Origin: Camelus dromedarius
Taxonomy: Eukaryota
Assembly (NCBI RefSeq): GCF_036321535.1
Contig: NC_087436.1
Location: 97,590,001-97,654,000, forward strand
Length of the DNA: 64,000 bases
Direction: 5' to 3'
Position numbers and translations under genes: made by a program. Of this stretch, positions 13,640 to 25,844 are shown piece by piece (within the stretch, counting starts at the first letter, position 1; each line of letters begins with the position of its first letter). Below the pieces are notes generated by a model. It saw only the letters and a list, made by a program, of their open reading frames with translations, had not been told where the DNA came from and did not search any database.

Positions 13640-14190
13640 AAAGAGGCCAGGAGCCACAGAAGCCGCCAGTGGCCATGGGAGACTGCTGGGTGGGTGAGCC
13701 CAAAGTATGGTTTCATAGTTGTCCTCTCAAAGCTCTCTGAAGCTGTGGGAGCAGCCTGGGACCTCTGGAGCAGTAGGCACACTGGGATGAGCTAGGGGCC
13801 CAATAAGATCTACTTGGGCCACTGGATCAGGCAGCCACGGTGAGCCAGGGGCCTGAATTCACAGGAGCGCACTGGGAGCTACCTCATACTGCAGGAGTCA
13901 GCCTGGTACTAGGATGGACCACCTCTGGAGTCCAAGGTGAAGTTGAGTGCTCACTAGAGGGAGGGAGTCTCCATGCCGGGCTGTCCGCTCTTGGAGGAAG
14001 GGGTAGTGTAAATCTGTGTTCTACCCTCCTCTATGCATCTTTTCTTATTTCTGTGCTTCTCCCAGGTGCTGTCAGCTCTCACCCGGCATCCTTGGCTATT
14101 GTGAAGGTTTCTTCACATGCAGATAGTGGTTCAAGCTGATGTTTCGGCAGGGAGCTGAGTGCTAGCGACTTCTATTTTGATGATGTCACT
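13640..14190 (-). mobile_element. L1M2/L1MA-type 5' UTR fragment (locally GC-rich)
   Basis: tttcttatttctgtgcttctcccaggtgctgt...ctctcacc...gtgaagg...gatagtggttcaagctgatgtt...gatgtcact matches the reverse of L1M2-class 5' ends. Confidence 0.75.
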
Positions 14191-14199
14191 CAAATGCCT

Positions 14200-17065
14200 T
14201 AGTCAAATTTTAAAATAAATTAAATTCCTAGTAATGTTTGATTAATTAATTACCTTGGATTTATAAGTGAATTTGGAGAACTTTACCTCTTTATTATATA
14301 TAATATTACCCTATTTATGTTGATTTTTTGCAAATCTCTGACATTATAATAGTTTTTAATATAGCCTTTTGGCATTCTTTGTCAAATGTATCTAGATAAT
14401 ACTTCATATCTTTTGTTACTATTGTGAATTGGCCTTCTCTCTATTACGTTCTGTAAGTGTTTCTACTCATATATAAAAAATAGTCAATTGTTGTGGGATA
14501 ATATTTTTTTTCCAGTGGCTTTATCATATGTGTGAGTATTTAGTAGATGATTTAGGAATGTCCCTTATTCAAAAAGATGTCATAGAATTATCTTTACAGG
14601 AACATGAGATCTTTTACTCTATTTTCAGGTTTTCATATATCTACTTGACTTTGTTAATTTTATGTAGAGTGATAAATTACGCTGTTTGAATATTTTTATA
14701 TTTCAGATTCTAATTGCTTTTATAACCAAATTTAAACTATAATTATACTATATGTATGACTGGTTTTAATACTGTCAGTTAATAGCCAACAAATTTATTA
14801 AAGAAGGTTACACAGTTGATGCATTTTCTATGATCACACAAATCTGAATGTCTGTCTATGGCTATGTACACACTGTTTTGAAATCACAAACTTATTTTCA
14901 GAACTTTGCAACTATTTTTAACATTTTGTCTTACAGTATGGTGTTGCAGAAAAGTCAATAATGTTGCTTAGATTTTTGTTCCTTTATATGTAACAATATT
15001 TTCTTTCCTGGATTTTTATAGATTCTTTTATTTTATTTATAAATTATATATGAAAATTTCAAAAAGATACATCTATTATTAATGTAAATAATAAAGGTTT
15101 GGTAATAATACAAGACTACTTATGCACTTTGCAGAAAGTATGAAAATATAGAAAAGCATGACATTAAAATTAAAATCTCCCATAATTTCAAGCCCAAGAG
15201 AAAACTTGATCAATAGTCATTATATTTTTTGATATACTTAGATATATTGCTGTAATACAGCTATAACAAATACTGTTGATACTATTATCCAGCTTGTATG
15301 TGATCTTTATCTAACATAATTGTTTGAGCATCTTTCAGTATAATTATATTCTTTAAAGTTATTTAATAAACACATAATATGTATTTATACAGACCTATAC
15401 TTAGTTGCTTAGTAACTTTACTGTTCAATTCTTAAGATGACTGCATGAAGCTTCAATGAACAAAGATGAACCTAAGTCTTTTTCCATACTTATGACTCTG
15501 TTCTTAGATTCATTTCATAGAAATAAAATAATAAGCTAAAAGGCACATTTTAAAATATGTATTATGTATGATTGAATTCCCTCTCCAATGGCAGAGGCAA
15601 TATAGCAGTACACAAGAATATCCATTTTCAAGAGTATTTCTCTTAAAATTAATTTTGAATGCATGGCTTACTGTCAAATTTTGGACAATGTATCAGGACA
15701 GCTTTTTACTCTTAGCTACATTTGTAGCTTCATCGGCAGTTTCTTTCTCTTTGCTCTGGAACTTCTATGAGATTTTATTGATCATCTGTGTAATCTAAGA
15801 AAATATATCAACTACTTGACTTTTTAAAATAAATTTGTTGGGTATTAACTGACAGTATTAAAACCAACTATACACATGGTATAATTAGAGTTTAAATTTA
15901 GTTTTAAAACTTCATCTTTTTCTCTCATTTAAAAATCAAAAGACTTCTATTCTTTTTTTCTCAGTTCTAGGAAATTTTTTCAACTTTCTTTATGGGTAAT
16001 TTTATATTCTCTTTTTAAAATTTTCCTCTGCATCTGTCCTGATTTTCACAGACACCATTATAGTTTTAATTCCAATATTATGTTATTTGCCTATACAATA
16101 TTTCCTAATCTAACTTCCTTTTATTGTATCAATTTTATGGATAGACTTTTCTTTGGAATTTTGTTTAGATTTCAAACAATGTTTTTCTTCCTATTTTCCA
16201 GTTGTAAGTTCATGCCAGATCATGGCATCTTCCATGTCCTTTGGGTTTGAGCAAAATTATTTGATCAGTGGGAACATCTGAGCTTTGATGTTATCTAGCT
16301 GTTTGCATACACATGTGGGCAATACCTGCACTGCATTGGTTTATATATGTATCTAAGGGTTGAAAGGGTTCTTCATTACTGGGTGAGATTCCTGACCACA
16401 TTTTACCTGGAGGACCTCCAGCGATGGAGGTGAAAAAGTAAAAACTTTTTGATGGTAAATTTCTAGCTCAAAGAGAGAATATGGGAGCAATGAACAAAAA
16501 GAGCTGAATTTATAGATAGCCATAAATGCTTTGGGGGGGGGGCTTTTCTTAAACTGAAAACATGTTCGTGAAATTCATAGGAATGTGATACTTAAGTTCT
16601 ATTGTAAGTCCTGGAGCTTTTTCTTTGTTGAAGTTTTTCTTTGTTGTTTATAATACCAGGTTGCCACAGCTAAATTCAACTGTTGTGACTTTCTACAGTA
16701 GGAGGAGATCTTTGACCTCTGAAGTCCTTTAGCCAGTCAGAAGAGATGGGAGCCCAAACGCCTTACCTCCATCTGCCATCATTTTAGTTGAGAAGATCAG
16801 AGAGAGTTCATGAAGATCTCCCCAATCTTTATTACCTGAAAATTGGTTCTCTTTTTTGGAGGGGAGAGGGAGGGAGGGTCAGGTGGAGTAAGAGAGGGGT
16901 GAGGCATAGGTTTCTCAAGGTTTCTATCAAGCTCTTGTCACTGATTGCATCAACCACAGCAACAGCGCTCATCCTAAGTTTTCTGTTTTCTATTTTGATA
17001 CAGGTTTTCTCTCTTTGTATTTTTTCTTCAATTATTTCTTTCAGTGGGAGTGGAAAGTGAGGGAT
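14200..17065 (-). mobile_element. Highly decayed L1ME/HAL1 fragments (ORF2-, ORF1-, 3' UTR- and 5' end-like pieces)
   Basis: T-rich antisense L1 texture. ORF1-like stretches at about 14790-15070 and 15910-16200; an L1ME 3' end-like stretch at about 15080-15600. Confidence 0.55.
14718..15909. repeat. Inverted repeat: 126-bp arms at 14718-14843 and 15784-15909, 940-bp spacer
   Basis: Manual ungapped alignment of arm 2 with the reverse complement of arm 1 gives 103/126 identical, including the perfect core tattaactgacagtattaaaacca. Confidence 0.95.
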
Positions 17066-18529
17066 ATAACTATTTTGTTCATTCTAATATCTTGTCTAAA
17101 ATGTCTACAGATGTTTATTCAAATGACTTTCTCAATTTTATAAATAAAAATATAATTGATTATTTACAAAATTTACCTTATTTCAGCTTTGTGCTTATGT
17201 CTTAGCCCTCTTTCATATTTTTATATTATAATACTTTCATTTTTATATTATAATAATTAACATTAATAAATATTACTACTTTATTACATTTGGAGGCATA
17301 AACTACAAAAGGAGGTATATTTTATGGTTTTTTTCTTTGTCATTTAAGAAATAAAGAACTTTATTGGGCTGAAACAATTTTATCAGTTTCTTCTTTGCTT
17401 TTTCTAATGTATTTTACTATTTATTAAGATATAGTAATTGTACCTGTTCTCCGTATGTCATGAACTGCTTTGCTTCTCTGAATCATTTTTAAAATCCTGC
17501 TAGTACAAAAAAAGTGGTTTGGAATCTTTAAGATGTCTCATGCCTGAAACAGGTTAAAAATTAATCTATTTTTGAGTAGAGATGACCTTGTTACAGAATA
17601 CTCTAGTCAATTGATATAAATTAATATCTTCTCTGAAGTTAAGAAAAATAGTTAAGAGAAAACATTAAGCTTAATCAAAACTAATTCTCCTCTAATGGCT
17701 TGCTTTCCTGACAGTTATTCAAGTGACCTGCAGAACAAAATGGTGAAGGCCATTCTAAGGTGGGCAGTTTGGGGTTATTTATTATTCCTATTTAAACCTT
17801 CTGTAATCTATGAAAAGCCTAATGCCATACTTATCAATGACAGTTACACCTTCAGAGAATCAATCTGAAGACCTCAGGTCCTTTTTGAAAATACAATTTT
17901 TATTTATCATAAATGGACACTAAGATGCATTAAATAACTAGACCTAGATTTCTCCTCCCCACTTCCCCCTCCTTCTCCTCCTCCTCCTTCTTTTTCTTTT
18001 TCTTTTTTCAAAATTCAGTAGTAGCCTTGAATGTAGGTTCATGATTCTACTGAACTGGCTTCCAGTATTAGAAATAAGGACAGCTGAATATTTTAAATTG
18101 AGATTCCCTAAGGGATAGAGTTAGGTGTCCGAAAACTCACAGTATATTCGTCTCAGTGTAGGAGATAGACATGATTGAGGTCAAAGATTTATTACATTTT
18201 TATCCCTAAGTTAAAATAATAAGGAAAACCCATACGAAATGAGAATGTTAATGACATGTTAAGTAACATTAATTTGTAATAAAATTTACCATGCTATTTA
18301 ATATATCTTTGATTCCTTTATGACTTGCATTGTTAATGACCATATCTTCTTTGTGATACAAATGAGGGTGATTATTGATGAGACAAACATATGAATATTG
18401 ATTATAATTGAGAAATATAACCATTCTGTCCAATTTTTTTCCTACGGTATAAATATCTTTACTTTTGAAGGAATGTCTTGATCTTATTCTGAAGCATTAT
18501 ATGAATCTATATAGATGTATTAACTAAAT

Positions 18530-18790
18530 CAAGGTGCTTCAAAAACTATTCCATGAAATATTAATTCCATAAGTCACATGATCAGTGAAAAGCAGTTTTT
18601 ATAGGAAATTCAAGTTTGAAAAACATGGGATTCAATCACATGTAGTAGTTTTTGCACTGCAGCAGATCTCAAAGACTTTAATCTGCTAATATGCGTTTTT
18701 AATCAAGAAGAAGGACAAATGGCTGGAGCATTTTCTAAGATTATATTATCATGACGTATGACATCTCATTGGACTTTACTTGAGAATGAG
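18530..18790. mobile_element. hAT-Charlie MITE (MER112/113-like)
   Basis: aagtttgaaaaacatggg...ctgcagcagatctcaaagactttaatctgctaatatgc...gcattttctaagattat. Confidence 0.6.
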
Positions 18791-18959
18791 GATTTAGGCT
18801 TTCTGAACGTGTTTCCCTTCTAAAGAATGCATATATGCCAAATGGTCTTTTTGAGTGTCATGCTTTCTTAGACCTTTGGATCAAATCATTTGTATTTTGT
18901 AAAAAAGTTTTATATTTAGACTTTCCTCAGTGATTTCTCTAGAGAAAGGCTATGAATAT

Positions 18960-19070
18960 GTTAGAGTATGAACATCAGGGAAAAACACAAGTTGGTTTGT
19001 TTTGTTCACAGATATGTTCCCTCCTAGAACAATGCCTGGCACAGAGTAGGTGCACAAATGGTTTTTTTAG
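18960..19070 (+). mobile_element. L2 3' end
   Basis: ttttgttcacagatatgttcc...cctagaacaatgcctggcacagagtaggtgcacaaat. Confidence 0.8.
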
Positions 19071-20614
19071 TGATGGAAATAGTAAGCTACTGCTTTTCAG
19101 GGACGGCTTTGATTTTCTTCATCAGCTTCTAGGAAACACTGTCTTCCTGGTTCTGCTGATGCCATAGCCCTGCCCTGATGATCTGAAGCAGAGCAGTTGG
19201 TTACAGTCTTTTTGCCACTCCCAGCACCTGGTGTGACCAGAGATGGGGTGGCCTTTTTGAACACTTTGGTGGGTAGAAGAATTATCTGTGTCAAAGCTAG
19301 AAATAGTATGTCCACCTACACTTTCTCTTTCTCTGCTGTCTTTCTTTCTCTTCCTCTCTCCTCCCTCTCAGTTCTTGCACATCAATATATAAAAAAAGAA
19401 TTTCCATGCCATTATCATTCTCATTACATAGATATGTCTCACTAGTGCTTTAAAAGAAGGCATATATATGTGTGTGTATACACATTTACATGTATGTTCA
19501 TTACATATATATGTATGCAGGTAATGTATATATCTCACTTCTAGATTCCTAGAGCTTAGCACAATGCTTGATACTAGAAAGTGAAGAAAAAAGTGTAAGT
19601 AGAAATTTTAAAATTCCCTCAGTTTTCACCAAGATCAGTTACATGTCCTTTAGTTTGCACTTCTCTGGGATAAAATTAAATTTAATTTGAAACACACACA
19701 CATACTCTGTCATATGCAGGAGCAGAATATTTATCTCGCTGAGATAGTTTCCTACTGTGTTTTAAGTTCCTACTGTGTTTTAAGTTGGAGATTTTCAGTT
19801 GAATGTTTCCTTGGCTATTTTAATGAACATTGTTAGAAGTATGCATCCATAAATATTCATAGGAAGGAGTAATATGAATATTTATAAGGAATTTAAAATT
19901 TTATGAATTGAAGGGCATTTATTTCTTGGAACTCCAGTATTAACAATAGCAACTACTCTTTCTCTTACCACTTATTATCTTGTTAAGAGCTTTATATAAA
20001 CATTTCAAGAACATCTAGACAAAATATATCTGAAGAAGCCAAACCTTGTTTGCATTGATTTTATTTAAACGAAATATTTGAAATGTTTTTTCTTGTGTAT
20101 ATCACAGTACAATGCAGAAAAATGAATGTATGTACATAAACCAGTTTTGCTCCCAAATATATATATGTTGAAAATTTGAAAATAAACTGAAACTGGTGTT
20201 ACTCTTGGACCAAATAGTATACTTTCAGTCTGAATTAATTGCTGAATGCTTACAAGTATTAATTTCTTTTGAATTCTTGGATAATACATACTTAGATATT
20301 TATATTTGAAAACATGGAACTATTCTATCATCTCAAAAATAACTAATAAGTAAAAGCAGAAACTAGAAATGTTAAGAATTCCCCTATTTGTAACATCATG
20401 GGACACATACTGTTTTTAAAAACCATTTAAGTCATAAAGTATAATCCAGGTATTGGAATTTGTATCATCACTAGAAATACATAATTTTTGGGTTGAGTAT
20501 GGCTGATTTAATTTTTATTTTCAAAACCAATGGCCCAAGTAATTGATAGTTTAGGGACATCATTTTTCGATGTTTCTTCAATTGATCTTATTTATAGTTC
20601 ATTAATTTTTCATT

Positions 20615-20865
20615 TAATAATAATAATAGGACAATGATAAGTAGCATCTGTGGAATACTTACTGCATGTCAGACACTTGTCTAAGCACCTTTAGAAAGTG
20701 GAAATCTTATTTTTCACACTTTATAGGTAAGAAAACGGAGACTTGAAATACTGGAGCAGCTAGCCTAAGATATCTCAGTAAATTGGTGTCCTGAGTTGGA
20801 TTCAAACCCCAGCTTTGGAGTCAGCCTGACTCCAAAAGTCTTTTCTCTTCAATTCTATCCTATAA
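20615..20865 (-). mobile_element. MIR SINE, near full length
   Basis: tacttactgcatgtcagacacttgtctaagcac...ttataggtaagaaaacggagac...ggattcaaaccc...ctgactccaaa. Confidence 0.8.
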
Positions 20866-21311
20866 TGTGTCCAGATGGCACTTCTGGAAAAAAAAAATCG
20901 TGTTAATGCAAACCAAAACCAGAAAGTCATAAAGACAGATTTCTAAATGAAAACTAGATGCAATGAATGGAAATGTTTGCACTTATCCCAAATGTTCACT
21001 CAACATGTATTTATTCATAATTTTCTATAAGTTCTCACAAGATTGGCAACTTTATTTGCCAGGGCATAGACTACAAAGAATATGAAAACTATTTGACACA
21101 AGCATGCTGAGTATAGGAAAGTAGTAAAGGGCGTCACAGAGTAAATAGTGACACAGTCCTAGGGAAAAAACCTAACGTGATTGGTTGATTTCACTTTACA
21201 AATTGGCATTTGATTCACCTGGCTATGTATTACTTTCACTCCTTTTCTATCGCTGCAGTAGTAGGTATTGAACATACAAAAGGAGAAAAATTAATTAACT
21301 ATAAAACAATT

Positions 21312-21544
21312 GGGAGTTTGAGACTTGCAGACACAAACTACCCTATAGAGAATAGATAAACAACAAGGTCCTACTGTATAGCACAGGGAACTGTATTCAA
21401 CACCTTGTAGTAACCTGTAATGAAAAAGAATATGAAAATGAATATATGTACGTATATGTGTGACTAAACTATTATGCTGTACACCAGAAATTGACACAAC
21501 ATTGTACACTGACTATACTTCAATAAAAACACATTTTTTAAAAA
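21312..21544 (+). mobile_element. 5'-truncated cetartiodactyl L1 3' UTR with 11-bp TSD
   Basis: gataaacaacaaggtcctactgtatagcacagggaac...tgactatacttcaataaaa. TSD ataaaacaatt at 21301-21311 and 21545-21555. Confidence 0.92.
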
Positions 21545-22559
21545 ATAAAACAATTAAGTAACAGCATAAACAAAAAAATTCTTTAAAATGTTGGAAAGCT
21601 TGAAAATCGGACACAGTTCATTAAAATAATCAATATAAGACACAGAAAAATAGGGTATGTTAATTTTCAAATAAATGATTGTTTTAAACAAACTATCTTG
21701 GGGATCAACTTATTTTCAACTAAGTGGCTTTTACTTAAAATCAGTAGCAAAATTTTGTACAACAAATGAATGGGCTAGTACTACATGTTGACAATGCTTC
21801 ATTTATTTCTACAATGTCTAATGCACATTCAGAATTCATTAATTATATATATTGTTATTTTTTTATTAGGTTGTTCTTAACACTTTCAAGCTAAATCACT
21901 ATAGTCATATTACTTAATTTATCAACTCAGTTTTCTTCCTTAAACATGGATTTAATAGTAGAACCCACCTCAAAGGCTGATGAGTGAGTTTCTACATGTG
22001 AAATACTTTTTTATTTAGAATATTATGTTTTCTTTTTCAGTTACATATGGGAACAAGTTAATTTGTCCCCATCTTTCATTTTATTATAATTTAAAATCTT
22101 TCTTTTTCACTTTCCATTTTGGAGCTGCTGAACAAGTTTTATATCTTTGTTAGCCTCATTTTGTGCCAATGATTTACTGTATTATATATTGAATCTAATA
22201 TATCTGGGTGATTCTGAATATATTTCCAGGATCAATGCACAGAATAAATTATTGATGATTTAAAATGATCATTATGAGTGTTCCATGAACTAAAGTGACT
22301 TACTGGCATTTATAACTTAAGTATAACATTAGTAACATGATGTTGACAAAAAATACCAACCTCATTTTAGAAGAAATACTTCTTTCGAAAAGTTAAATAA
22401 GTATATGTATGCATATATAGTTATATACTGCTATATATGTATACATATGCATATAGACATATATGTGTATATACATATAAATATAAATAAATGGACATAC
22501 ATGTATATCTAAAATAAGGTGATAATCCTGCAAGTGTGATAATTCCTTTCTTTGCTTAC

Positions 22560-23067
22560 TAAATGATCAGCACAAAGAGACCAAAGTGATCAGGCAACAG
22601 CTGCAGATTCCTGTTCAGTGGGGATCTTACTATGGTGGCACAGTACGACATGAGGCCAGATGGTTAAGCTATATACCAGATCCTAACACCTTTTTAACCT
22701 CCCAGTATGTTATCTCTAACTAGCTTCTTAGTTGCACCTTGAAGAGGCTATTCCAGTGCTTCATCAGGCTACCATATTCCCAGGGATGTAGTGTATGGTA
22801 AGAACATTGAATCCTTAATCATATGCCTATTGCCACACTTCCTTAGCCATAAAATTGGCTGCTTAGTCCACGGTGGTATTATTTGGGATCCCATGTCAAT
22901 TAATTGCATACTTTGTGGGCTCCTGGACAGTGATACTGGCTGAAGTGCTGTAGAGGAAAAACTAACCAGATCCAGAATTACTGTTAGTCATAATTAGAAA
23001 GAATTGCTGCCTTTTCCAGGAAAGAGGTGTGATATAAACTATTTTTCACAAGTGGCTGGTTATTCTC
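22560..23067 (-). mobile_element. ERV-L internal fossil: integrase catalytic core (pseudogenised)
   Basis: Minus-strand translation with stops and frameshifts reads PLSWKRQQFFL...HGIPNNTTVD*AANFMAKEVWQ*...SYHTLHP...LMKHWNSLFKVQL. This matches ERV-L integrase (PLPSWKGQRFVL..HGIPHSIASDQGTHFTAKEVRQW..SYHVPHHP..IERWNGLLKSQL). Confidence 0.85.
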
Positions 23068-23699
23068 TGTGAGGACATGAATTCTGAGATGGCTCCCCAA
23101 GATGTCTATTTCTAATCCTTATGACTGTGAATACAGTGAGAGATCATGTCTGTGATTTTGTTACATTACACAGAAAAAGGAATTTTGCAGAGGTAATTAG
23201 TTACTAAATCTGTAGTACTTGTATGTAGTTAATTTAGATGGACATCAGTTATTTACATCTGTCAGTTGACTTGGAATTAATCATAAGGGAAATTCTCCAG
23301 ACAGGCTTTTAGCAGAGACTTTTCTCCTGCAGGATGCAGAAGAGGGATTTGCAGAGACTTGAAGCAGGAAAACAACTCAACTTATTTTAGCTGGCTTTGA
23401 AGATGGAGGGAGCAAGTGCAAGGCCTCGAGAGCAGCCTCTAGGAGCTGAAAGCAGCCCCTGACTGACAGCTGGCCAGGAAAAGGCTAGACTCCCATAACC
23501 ACGTGCAACTGATTCCTGCTAGCAATTTGTATGAATTTAGATATGGATCTTCCCCAGAACTTCCAGATAGGAGCTAAGCCTGGCTGATACCTTAATTTTG
23601 GCCTTGTGAGACCTACAGAAATGTGAGGTAATAAATATGCGTTGCTTTAAGTCACTAAGTTTGTGGTAATCTGCTATGCAGCAGCAGGACAGTAATACA
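23068..23699 (+). mobile_element. MLT1E-like MaLR solo LTR inserted into the ERV-L integrase
   Basis: TG...CA termini (tgtgagg...taataca); 5-bp TSD ttctc/tcctc; typical gcagcctctaggagctga and tttaagtcactaagtttgtggtaat. Confidence 0.9.
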
Positions 23700-23980
23700 T
23701 CCTCCTTGAAGTATGGTGCCATGTTGATAGCTGTGTTTTCCTTGTCCCCTAATTGTTCACACATACAGAAGGTTGGTGACCAGATCAGTCTTGGTGAGAG
23801 GGAGCATGTGCTTTTGGGCCTATTCAAGGCTTCCATGGCTACTCCCTTCATGGGCTATTGGACAATCATATGAGTTATCAAGATCAGAGACTAGTTCATA
23901 TCTATGAATTAGCTATGTTTTCCACCTGTGTGTTTGTTGGTTCTTTTGCAGTTGCTATATTGTGGGGATTAGCTGACGGT
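23700..23980 (-). mobile_element. ERV-L internal fossil: integrase N-terminal HHCC region
   Basis: Minus-strand frame AHEGSSHGSLE*AQKHMLPLTKTDLVT...HGTILQG versus ERV-L WAHEQSGHGG..WAQQHGLPLTKADLAT..YGTIPRG. It continues as GE*PAT across the MLT1E. Confidence 0.85.
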
Positions 23981-24482
23981 TAAAGGTAAAAAAAAAAAAA
24001 GTTCAAGATGTCCAAGGGTGGAAAACATTGATAGAAATTACTAACACAAACACTTGGTTATGAAACATTTACATTTATTTCCTCCTACAAGTTAAGCAAG
24101 CAGTGAGTTAATGAGGGTGAGAAGGACGGTAAAGACACTGTTGTATTAGAAATGGTCAGTCAGTCTATGACTAATTCAGATGCTCTGACTCTCCTGCTGG
24201 CAGGTCAATGATCTCTACTAGAAAAAACATTTTGTTATGGTCTGCATAAAGAAGTTGGAGTTTCCTTACAGCGTGTGCATCTCAGTACACAGAAAACCCA
24301 GTTCGGCACAATCTATGACAGTCACAGGATGACTGATGCTCAATGTTTATTCATGTCAGGCTGCCTGAGTTTTTGTGCTGGATTTTTCCTGGGGGATCAG
24401 GAGCTTGGAGCATTAGCAGAGATCTCTAGCAGGGCTTCTACAGACTTCTCTCAAACACAAACAGCTGGCTTACATTACGTTG

Positions 24483-25393
24483 TGTAATGGACTGAATGTC
24501 TGTGTCCCTTCTCAAAATTTGTATGGTGAAGTGTTAACTCCCAGCGTGGTGATATTTGGAGGTGAGGCCTTTGAGAATGAATTAGGTTTAGATGAGGGTA
24601 AGTGTCCTTAGAAGAAGACAGAGAGACACAAGCACGTCCTCTCCCTCCAAGGGCATGCACTGAGGAATGGCCATCTGAGCACATAGTGAGAAGGTGGTTG
24701 TCCACAAGCCAGGAATCAGGCACTCACCATGAACCAACCATGCCAGTACTTTGATCTTGGACTTTCTAACTCTGTAACTGTGAGAAATAAATGTCTGCTA
24801 TTTCTGTCACCAAGTCTATGACATTTTGTTACAGCAGCCTGTGATGTTTTACTAATATGTGTCTACTTGACTGCACCATGTGGTGTCCAGGTTAAACATT
24901 ATTTCTGGGTATGTCCATGAAGGTGTTTCTGAACAAGATTAGTACTTGAATTGGTGGACTCAATAAATAAATTGCCTTCCCCAATGGGGGTGGGCATCAG
25001 CCACTCTGTTGAGGGCCTGAATCGAACCAAAGGCAGAGGAAAGAGGAATTTGTCACTTTTTCTTCCTGCTTGCCTACTTGAGCTGGGACATTGGTCTTCC
25101 CCAGCCATTAAATTGGGATTTATATCTCTGGCTCCCCTAGTTCTCAGGTCTTTGGACTTGGACTGAATTATATCACCAACTTCCCTGGGTCTTGGCTTGG
25201 CAGATCATGGGAATTATCAGCCTCTGTAATCATGTGAGCCAATTTCTTTTCATAAATCTCTACCTATTATCTATGATCTATATATCTATGTATCTATCTA
25301 TATATCTACCTACCTACCTACCTACCTATCTAATCTCATGTTGGCTTTATTTTTCTGGAGAAGTCAGACTTACATACAACCTGATCTAGGACA
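24483..25393 (+). mobile_element. MLT1A-like MaLR LTR (24483-24839 plus terminal 25379-25393) split by an MLT2
   Basis: tgtaatggactgaatgtctgtgtccc...actgtgagaaataaatgtctg...ttttgttacagcagcc; the terminus tgatctaggaca resumes after the MLT2. Confidence 0.85.
24840..25378 (+). mobile_element. MLT2 (ERV-L) solo LTR, MLT2B/D-like
   Basis: tgtgatg...tgtgtctacttgactg...ttgagggcctgaatcgaaccaaaggcagagg...aatcatgtgagccaatt; internal (TCTA/CCTA)n; ends ttctggagaagtcagacttacataca. Confidence 0.9.
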
Positions 25394-25529
25394 GCTTACT
25401 TTTTAGGTAAAAGTTTTATCAAAATGCTTTCTCAAAAATAATAAGTTCAAAATAAGTTTTAAAGAAATATGTTCATGAAATTTCTTCATGACAATTTTTT
25501 ATTTTTTTACAATTTAACAAAATAGGGGT

Positions 25530-25830
25530 GAAATCATAGCAGGGGGTGCTCCCTGGTGAGCATTAACGTGTGCTGCATCAATCCTCACATTTAGCGTTCA
25601 CTTCCACAGTTCCATCAATATTCCTTTTGCCTAGCACCTTTTTCCTTCCAAACCTTGACAAAAGTCAATCCATTCACTACCATCCAGGAGTCCAGTTATA
25701 TCTTTACGTCAGACTGCTTCTCCCTGTCCACAAAATGACTGACCAGATCTGCTGCCCAGAGCTCTTCCACTGGTCTATTTCCCCATAATTCTCTTTCAGG
25801 GACCTCCAATATGATGTAGCTTGCCATTTA
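25530..25830 (-). mobile_element. ERV-L internal fossil: RNase H domain
   Basis: Minus-strand frames KWQAT..SLKENYGEIDQW/EELWAADLVSHFVDREKQSDVKI*LDSWMVVNGLT..WKE..MELWK*TLNVRIDAAHVNAHQ versus ERV-L KWTAA..SLKDSGEGKSSQWAELRAVHLVVHF..VRLYTDSWAVANGL..HVNAHQ. Confidence 0.85.
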
Positions 25831-25844
25831 AATAGATACTTTTA

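Noticed and set aside
13640..14190. CpG island or promoter
   Set aside because: It is GC-rich but has few CpGs, and it is explained as an old L1 5' UTR.
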